Source: an uncultured bacterium
GTDB taxonomy: Bacteria; Oederibacteriota; PGYV01; CAWJRG01
Direction: 5' to 3'
Length of the DNA stretch: 64,000 nucleotides
Assembly (NCBI GenBank): GCA_963845185.1
Contig: CAWJRG010000011.1
Span: 1-64,000 of the forward strand
In this document: one piece after another, positions 57,319 to 64,000 of the stretch
Numbering within the stretch: the stretch's first letter is position 1
Layout: each line of letters starts with the position of its first letter
Notes under the pieces: model-generated
Database searches by the model: none
What the model saw: the letters and a program-made list of their open reading frames with translations, nothing else
Told to the model about the DNA's origin: nothing
Position numbers and translations under genes: made by a program

Positions 57319-57533
57319 TTCTTTTATTTCATTGATATTTTTTTATTGATGCAATCCAAACTAAATATATAGACCTATTACATTTGGTCTTTTTGGGAAA
57401 TTAGTTGGTCGTTAAATTAGTTCGGGAGACATTTCTGAAAGTCCGCGGCATTATAGCCGCAACTTTATCTTATATCAATCAATGTTACGCATCCTCATAG
57501 GCAGCCGTATGATTTACAGCCGACGTATTCAAG

Positions 57534-57878
57534 TCAGTCGTTTATTATTTCCTCCAGCGTAAGCTGGTCTTCCTCCCTTAAAGGGAAAAACTCCACTCCA
57601 AACTGGCCTTTACCGTTTTCGTCCTTTATCCATTTGATAAATGCAAATAAAACTATGAATTTATTGCCGGACTTGAATAATATTCTCACCACATCGTTTT
57701 CTTTCCCGACAAGCTTGCCCTCTATTCTCGCGCCGCCGATGCTGATATCCTTGCTTTTGCCTTCCATGTCCTCCCTGTTCGCTATTATACTTTCCGCCAC
57801 TACATTATAGGTAACCTCAAACTTCTTTTCAACTCTCCGCTCTTTCCGCTTTTCAACATAAAGGTTTCCTTTTGCCAT
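57534..57878 (-). CDS. PilZ domain protein
   Basis: EKRKERR and DISIGG motifs. Confidence 0.82.
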   Translation of the reverse strand: MAKGNLYVEKRKERRVEKKFEVTYNVVAESIIANREDMEGKSKDISIGGARIEGKLVGKENDVVRILFKSGNKFIVLFAFIKWIKDENGKGQFGVEFFPLREEDQLTLEEIIND

Positions 57879-57899
57879 AACACGCTCCCCGGCAAGAAT

Positions 57900-58563
57900 T
57901 TATTTTGCTTCGCCGAATTTATTCTCCACCCATTTCTCTATTTTATCAAGTGCTTCTTTTGCTTGCTGCCCGTAAGTAAGGAATTCAAGCTCATCGCCCA
58001 TGGCGGCGCACATGCCCACCAGGTCAAGGGCCGCGAGTACCGACTTCACGTTCAGGTACGGTTTGCCGTCTATTGCAAAATTATAATGGTCCATGCCTTC
58101 TTTATGTATATAAATCTCGCAGTTATATTCGCGCGCTATGCCCACAAGCGTGCCCGATGGCCTTACGTGCAGGCCCCTTTCATTGCTAATCTTAATCTTA
58201 CGCGTCAAGAACCCGTGCCGCTTCAGCGATTCCCTTTCCTGCCTCCAGATTTCGGCGTATTTCCCGCGCCATTCCTCTATTGCCTCCTCGCCCAGGTCCC
58301 CTGCCTTCCTCTTTTGACCGCAGGTATTTATGCTTGTTAATCTCATGCAGCTGGTCGAGATTGTCCCTCCTGTTTTTTTCTTTTCTCCACTCATCCCTGT
58401 ATTTCTCAAGAAAATCCTCTATTGCCTCGTTTATCGTCACATCTTTGTCTAATTCCAGCGCCATGAAGTATTTATGGTCAAGTATGGCCTTTAGTTCAGC
58501 CGGCGTCAAATCTTTTTCGTCAAAATTCAACTGCCTGCACCTCCCTGTTTTTGGGTCTTGCAT
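57900..58563 (-). pseudogene. Duplicated helical (DUF4032-like) domain fused to HPr; +1 frameshift in GGGG at ~58300
   Basis: Joined frames give two HKY..repeats, then NERGLHVRP (His15) and NVKSVL (Ser46-like). Confidence 0.75.
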
Positions 58564-58695
58564 TTACAGCAAAGGAACATGCATATATTATATACCACAA
58601 TAAACGTAAATGTCAAACTTTGCCTTAAAGAGTCATTTACAAATGAGGAACGCTGCCTCATTTTGGCCTAATTTTTGCACATTTAAAAGACAATA

Positions 58696-60186
58696 TTATA
58701 TAAACAAGTCCGCGCCGAACTGGTTTACGTTGAAATTTCTCCACCTCTCTATAAGGTCGCTTGCCATAAAATCCGCAGAATTGTTGTCGTCTGTAATAAT
58801 GGTCCCTGTATCCTGCAATTTAACGTCAAGATACTGTTTGTCAACCGCAACAGGACTGTCGGAAGCGTAAAAAACAAAGGACGACAGCCCTTCATTCTGT
58901 GCCTTTATATATACATTTTTATAAACCTGTTTTAAAGTCCTGTTTAACGACATGACAAGCTTATTGACCGCTACATTGCCGTCTATGTCCCTGTAAAGAT
59001 ACCCCATCATGTTAATAACAAGTATGCCGTTGCCGTTAAGCGCGTTTTTCGCCTCAAAAAAAGCCTCTTTTGAAAGAAGGTAGGGATAAACCGAATATCC
59101 GTTGAAAGCGTCAATAAAAACCATGTCGTATTTCTTTTTTGTGCCGTGGAGAAAATGCCTGCCGTCCCCGATTACGGCCCCGCCCTTGAATCCAAAATAT
59201 TTTCTTGCTGCATTTACTACTTCAGGGTCAACCTCGACTGTATCCAGGTTAAAACCGCGGTTTTGCAGCAGGCTGTTCACCGACCCTCCGCCCAGGCCTA
59301 TGGTAAGCGCATTTCTCGCGCCCGGTCTGTAATCAGCCGTTTTTTCAAACATTTTGATGTATGCGGCGTTGAATTCTTTTGCTTTCATGTCATAATATGA
59401 CTGGATTGCCCCGTCTATCATGATAAACCTGTATAAATTCTGCCATTCCATCACCCTTATCCTGCCGTATGCGCTTTGTTTTTCATAAATGATTTTCATG
59501 CCCGGGCCGTATGCCCTGGCCATAAAAATGTCCGGCATGGAATATAAAAGTGCCAGGACAACGGCAGGAATTATAGCTGCTATGTTTTTTCCGCCTTTGA
59601 CCATGAATCCTGCAGCTGCAACAAGTATCAGCAGCACTCCTGATAAGATTATTATGGCATGTATGCCGATTGCCGGTATCAAATAAAAACCCGTTAAAAT
59701 AGCTCCTGTAAAGCTGCCTGCCGTCGCCACGGCGTACAAACTTCCGGCAACCGTGCCGATTTTTCCGAATTTTCCTTCGTTTATCTTCACGGCATAAGGC
59801 GAAACCATGCCGAGCAGGACCAGCGGCACGCTAAAAAGCAGGGCTGAACTTGCAAGCGCCCCGAACCTCGGGTCCAGGATATTTGTGCCTGTCATTATAT
59901 GGGCGCTGATAAGCGGTATTATTAGGATAAAAACAGCGCTTGCAGATATTATATAATAAAGCATGTTTGGTTCCGGCCTTTTATCCGAAAGTATGCCGCC
60001 CAAAAAATAACCGGTGGTAAGCGATAAAAGCGTGACCCCTATCAGCGAGGACCATGCGTAAATGGTCGTGCCGTAAAAAGGCGCGATTATCCTTGTGCCT
60101 AGTATTTCAATAACAAGCACAACTGCGCCGGTGATAAAAACCGTCAGGTACATGTAATATTTTTCGAGCATTTCTTTTAATGTCAT
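58696..60186 (-). CDS. Fused MFS-like / spermidine synthase-like protein
   Basis: EILGTRIIAPFYG TM region; GLGGGS, VEVDP, DGR, FIDAF. Confidence 0.88.
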   Translation of the reverse strand: MTLKEMLEKYYMYLTVFITGAVVLVIEILGTRIIAPFYGTTIYAWSSLIGVTLLSLTTGYFLGGILSDKRPEPNMLYYIISASAVFILIIPLISAHIMTGTNILDPRFGALASSALLFSVPLVLLGMVSPYAVKINEGKFGKIGTVAGSLYAVATAGSFTGAILTGFYLIPAIGIHAIIILSGVLLILVAAAGFMVKGGKNIAAIIPAVVLALLYSMPDIFMARAYGPGMKIIYEKQSAYGRIRVMEWQNLYRFIMIDGAIQSYYDMKAKEFNAAYIKMFEKTADYRPGARNALTIGLGGGSVNSLLQNRGFNLDTVEVDPEVVNAARKYFGFKGGAVIGDGRHFLHGTKKKYDMVFIDAFNGYSVYPYLLSKEAFFEAKNALNGNGILVINMMGYLYRDIDGNVAVNKLVMSLNRTLKQVYKNVYIKAQNEGLSSFVFYASDSPVAVDKQYLDVKLQDTGTIITDDNNSADFMASDLIERWRNFNVNQFGADLFI

Positions 60187-60334
60187 CTTTTCTCCGGTTT
60201 CCAGGTCCCATAAAATGCACGTATGCCCTTGCTGTCAAATATGTTATTATTGAAATAACAAAAAGTCAATATACATAAAAAGGAAATGTGCTATAATATT
60301 CCCAATAAGACGGGTAAATTAATCGAGGTGACCC

Positions 60335-60631
60335 ATGCATTTTACAGCATCGTGGCATATAAATGCCGAAGGCGAAAAACTTAAGCAGATAAACGACTTC
60401 ATGGCCGAAGTGGTAAAAAAACAGGCCGACGCCTGTTTTTCGCCGTATCCGGGCTTTGTTTTTGCAAAGTGTGATTCCAGTCAAAAATGGGAAATAGTAT
60501 TGAATGGGCTTAAAGGCCTGTGCCAGATGTATGAAGGCAAGATCAACTTTGTAATGAGCCCACTTTTCGAGAACGGCAAATACAACGGACATCTTGCGAA
60601 CTGGACTCAAATTAACGATATAACAAAATAG
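60335..60631 (+). CDS. Hypothetical protein (possible ferredoxin-like fold)
   Basis: SD GAGGTG, 98-aa ORF, TATAAT upstream. Confidence 0.6.
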   Translation: MHFTASWHINAEGEKLKQINDFMAEVVKKQADACFSPYPGFVFAKCDSSQKWEIVLNGLKGLCQMYEGKINFVMSPLFENGKYNGHLANWTQINDITK

Positions 60632-60638
60632 CCGCCCG

Positions 60639-61154
60639 ATGAAAAAAAAGACTGCTGTTTGCCTGCTGGCATTTTTTTTGTTATGTCAGGCCCCTTCTCT
60701 GATTTTCCCCAGGGCTTATCAGATAATGAACACTCCGGACTACAATGACAGTTTATCCAGGTTCAAAAGATATGACATGTCCGGAGGCTTAAGCCTTGGC
60801 ATGTCCGATTATTTGAACATAGGCGCCGGATTAAAATTCAACCTGCATGAGATCCCGTTCTGGTCCATCAAGGTCGACGCGTCAATGATGCCTTCAGCAG
60901 AAAAAATACTTTTCTTCGAGGAAACAGGTTTTGTATATAACTTCTATTTTGAAAAATTTCCATCTTTGAGTTTATTCGCCGGACCATCCACGGGTTTCGT
61001 AATAAAAAACTCCAGCAGTTATTTCGGTTTTGGCGGTGAAGCAGGCGCTGATTATTATATAAACGAGCCCGGATCCGCTTCTGTTTTCATTGATTTTAGT
61101 TTCCTGTCCAGGCTGTATCCATTGATTTCCATCGGGATTAGATTTTATTATTAA
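60639..61154 (+). CDS. Putative small outer-membrane beta-barrel
   Basis: Signal peptide, beta strands, C-terminal GIRFYY. Confidence 0.6.
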   Translation: MKKKTAVCLLAFFLLCQAPSLIFPRAYQIMNTPDYNDSLSRFKRYDMSGGLSLGMSDYLNIGAGLKFNLHEIPFWSIKVDASMMPSAEKILFFEETGFVYNFYFEKFPSLSLFAGPSTGFVIKNSSSYFGFGGEAGADYYINEPGSASVFIDFSFLSRLYPLISIGIRFYY

Positions 61155-61162
61155 TTTTTATC

Positions 61163-61190
61163 GTAGAGACACGCCATGGCGTGTCTTTAC
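61163..61190. repeat. GTAG-type REP-like palindrome, copy 2
   Basis: One mismatch to 47178..47205. Confidence 0.78.
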
Positions 61191-61342
61191 CTTAAACGCA
61201 CGAATCGCCTTTGCTGCCGTTTTATAGCCGCAGACTTTAGTCTGCGCATCTAAAAGCCGCTAACATTCAAATACCGCAAACTAAAGTTTACGCCTCTTTC
61301 ACCCTCCGTCCTTCCATCCTTCTAACCCTCCGCCCTTCCGCC

Positions 61343-61552
61343 TTATTTGCTCCACCACACGTCGTTCAGCGTATGCGCCGGGCCCGTGCTGCTGGTATCC
61401 ATACCTGCTATCACCCACATGCGGTTACTTTTGTCCAGGCAGTTCCCGGGTCTGTGGGAACCGAAGGCCCTGCCGGTTTTTTTCTTTGAGCACGCGAAAA
61501 ATAAAACCGTGAAAATCAGTAGTGGAATTAATGTTTTTTTGTGAGTAGACAT
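61343..61552 (-). pseudogene. Short lipoprotein-like ORF (3' exon of the intron host gene), probably internally deleted
   Basis: KKTLIPLLIFTVLFFAC lipobox-like start; MWVIAG..NDVW Kelch-like end. Confidence 0.5.
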
Positions 61553-63444
61553 CTTTTATAACCTCCTTTGGTTACTTAATGCCCCTCTCAGAACCGAACG
61601 TGACCGTTTCGGTCATTCGGCTCCACGGGAATACTTCCTAATACGATGACAGCGAATAGGTTAAATGATATATCCTGGGTTCCGGCAATGGGTTGTATCT
61701 TAGAAAGCGGCAAAACTGTTCCCAGTTGTAACTTCTTTTCTGGCTTCGCCTGTTTATCCATTTATAGGCGAGCGCACGATTTCTCCAGTAGAATTTTGTT
61801 ATTTGGGGCATATTACCGCTTATCCCGTAATAATTGTAGTGGCCCGTTAACTTTCTTCCTAATGCCTGCCACCACTGTTTTAATTCCACAAGATTTCTTA
61901 CGCTCTTTAGCCAGAAGTTCGTCGCCTTCATCTTCTGTTTGAATTTTGTACTTGCCGTCCTTCGGCCTAATTTGAAGCCGCCCTTTCTGGTTTTGTCGCA
62001 GTAATGAGTAAACCCGAGGAAATCAAAGGTCGGAATTTTCCCGCCTGTATCTTTGGACTTATACCAGGCGTGACGCCCGAATACGATTATTCTCGATTTA
62101 TCTTTGGCGATTTTGAGGCCAAACTTATCAAGCCTCTGTCTTAACATTTCGCCAAACTCCTTTGCTTCGCTGTCATATTGGAACAGCACAACAAAGTCAT
62201 CGGCATAACGTATCAGACTGGCGTATCCTTTGAGCTGTCTCTTGACATGCCTTTCGAACCACAGGTCTAATATGTAGTGTAGGTAGATGTTCGCCAGTAA
62301 TGGGCTTAGTATTCCGCCCTGCGGCGTCCCTTTATCCGTTTCGATAAACTTACCTTCTTCCATAATCCCTGCATTTAATATCCTGCCGATTAACCTTATC
62401 AGGTTTGTATCGGCAATCCTTTGCGTAAGGCATTTCATTAGCCATTTGTGGTTTATGGTATCGAAAAACTTCTCAATGTCCATATCCACTACTGCGTTGA
62501 CTGGCTTTGTCATTACTTCCTTATCCAGAATTTTCAATGCCTGATGACAATTTCTGTCAGGCCTGAACCCGTAAGATACTTCGCTGAAGTCTACCTCAAA
62601 GATTGACTCAAGAATTTTCTTTACCCCCATCTGGATTATCTTATCCTCGACGGCAGGTATTCCCAGCGGCCTCTTGTCTCCGTTTGTCTTGGGGATGTAG
62701 ACGCGCCTTGTTGGTTGCGGTATGTATCTCCACGCCTTCATCCTATTGATTAAATCCTTGATATTTGCCTCTTTGTTGACTTCATATTCCTCTATCCTTA
62801 CTCCGTCAATGCCCGGGGCTTTGTCCTGTTTTAACTCCTCAAAGCACTCCATTAGAAACTCCTCATTGAGCAGGTGTATCAGCGATGTAAATCTCAATTT
62901 TGGATTTTCCTTTGCCCGCATTGTTATGGTCATAAGTTTTGTTGCCATTCCGTCTCCACCTCTGTGTGTGGCGGTTGTCTCCCTTATGTCCATACGCATT
63001 CCCTCTATCCCCTTTTCTCCATCTACTTTCGTAGACTTCATCGATACTATGGGATAGTCAGACTGCCGGAACATCTTTTGCGGCTCCTTATCTTTTAGGA
63101 TTTGTCGCCGCATACTCTCGTTTTGAGGGTGTCCCGGCTCTCCCGAGTTCATATCTGCTCCTTGACATCTTGACACGGACTTAGACCCCGTCGGATTCCC
63201 ACTCTCTCGCCTTTTATGATTGTGGGACTGCTGCCTGCTCTTTTATGAAAAATGTCGGCCTCCGACACGTTGGCGATTTCGGGGCTCAATACCTTCACTT
63301 GCGTTGTATCCCGATGTCTCCCGCCTTCCAGCTTCATTTAGCTCGTTGCCTCACTATTTGTGGAATTTGGTATTGGGCTGGCGGCTGACCTTTGCCCAGG
63401 CTGGACTTTCACCAGCGCGAACCGATACGCTTTTCTCGGCGCAC
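61540..63444 (-). mobile_element. Group II intron
   Basis: 5' GTGCG at 63444; domain V GAGCCGAATGACCGAAACGGTCACGTTCGGTTC (~61590-61624); domain VI with bulged A; 3' end at 61541 or 61540. Confidence 0.92.
61638..62948 (-). CDS. ltrA: Group II intron reverse transcriptase/maturase, no endonuclease domain
   Basis: KAPGIDG, RPLGIP, SYGFRP, GTPQGG, YADD, FLGF, NRRSQ; likely start MATKL. Confidence 0.93.
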   Translation of the reverse strand: MATKLMTITMRAKENPKLRFTSLIHLLNEEFLMECFEELKQDKAPGIDGVRIEEYEVNKEANIKDLINRMKAWRYIPQPTRRVYIPKTNGDKRPLGIPAVEDKIIQMGVKKILESIFEVDFSEVSYGFRPDRNCHQALKILDKEVMTKPVNAVVDMDIEKFFDTINHKWLMKCLTQRIADTNLIRLIGRILNAGIMEEGKFIETDKGTPQGGILSPLLANIYLHYILDLWFERHVKRQLKGYASLIRYADDFVVLFQYDSEAKEFGEMLRQRLDKFGLKIAKDKSRIIVFGRHAWYKSKDTGGKIPTFDFLGFTHYCDKTRKGGFKLGRRTASTKFKQKMKATNFWLKSVRNLVELKQWWQALGRKLTGHYNYYGISGNMPQITKFYWRNRALAYKWINRRSQKRSYNWEQFCRFLRYNPLPEPRIYHLTYSLSSY

Positions 63445-63522
63445 TCATAACCGCCTCCCTTGGTTAAATATCCCTGTGAGATATTTAACGGGTAGTATCA
63501 ATAAGTCATCATATTAAAAACT

Positions 63523-63623
63523 ACCCTAAGTTTACTTTCTCAAACCGTCAACAGGTGCCGGGAAAGTATTACGAAATCATGTACCTGCTCAAGTCCAAGG
63601 CTATTGCCGAGGGCAAGTGGTAT
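63523..63623 (-). ncRNA. Unknown two-hairpin RNA motif, copy C
   Basis: Aligns with copies A and B; basal part of the second stem is degenerate. Confidence 0.55.
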
Positions 63624-64000
63624 ATTTTTGTTTTTAATTTACAAATATAATTATGTCCCCAAAAAGATACTTAATCAAGGTTTTTGCTCAACTACCCCGC
63701 TTTGCTTCGCAGAGCGTCCAACCTTCCACTCCTCCGCTCCGTATCTGTTGAGGAATAAGGGGCAAAGTACGTATATTATACGAAAAATTGGATTCGGGGC
63801 ATGGGTAAACAAGACAAAAAGATTTAAAAAAAATTAATTAAACCGGGAAATTAAAGGGGCGGTTGACCAAACCGCCCTCCGCAGAGGAAAAAGTACAAAA
63901 CAGCGCTGTGCCTCTACGCAACGCCGTATATTTATTTTTAAACGGAAACCTGATCCACCGGATTCAGGCAGTAGTTTGTCTATAGCTTAAAAAGCATATC

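Noticed and set aside
61638..63176. RT as a DGR or retron component diversifying the propeller genes
   Set aside because: It has group II intron domains V/VI, a GTGCG 5' end and maturase motifs; I saw no TR/VR pair with adenine-specific differences
63690..64000. Hairpins near the window end as an RNA gene
   Set aside because: No recognisable family or second copy, and the context is truncated

Overview
64-kb window of a diderm (lipid A-making) bacterial chromosome, mostly encoded on the minus strand. It contains: a tandem family of secreted PQQ-like/NHL beta-propeller proteins with Thr/Pro-rich linkers and T9SS-type-A/FlgD-like C-termini; a bamA-skp-lpxD-lpxC-fabZ-lpxA-lpxI-degT operon; a complete rRNA operon (16S-Ile-Ala-23S-5S); tRNA-Gln; comM; three GT-C glycosyltransferases; a cargo-PorV/TPR-adenylate cyclase operon; three IS1182 elements, each at a hairpin apex; a K+ uptake cluster (KimA-like permease, kdpFABC, kinase-less kdpD, no kdpE); and a group II intron inserted at a start codon that carries a replacement RBS and ATG in domain VI. 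The most novel signal is a ~100-nt two-hairpin motif with covarying stems. It occurs three times, upstream of kdpF, of the KimA-like gene and of the intron-hit gene, and matches no riboswitch I recognise. All calls come from reading the sequence; no searches were run.
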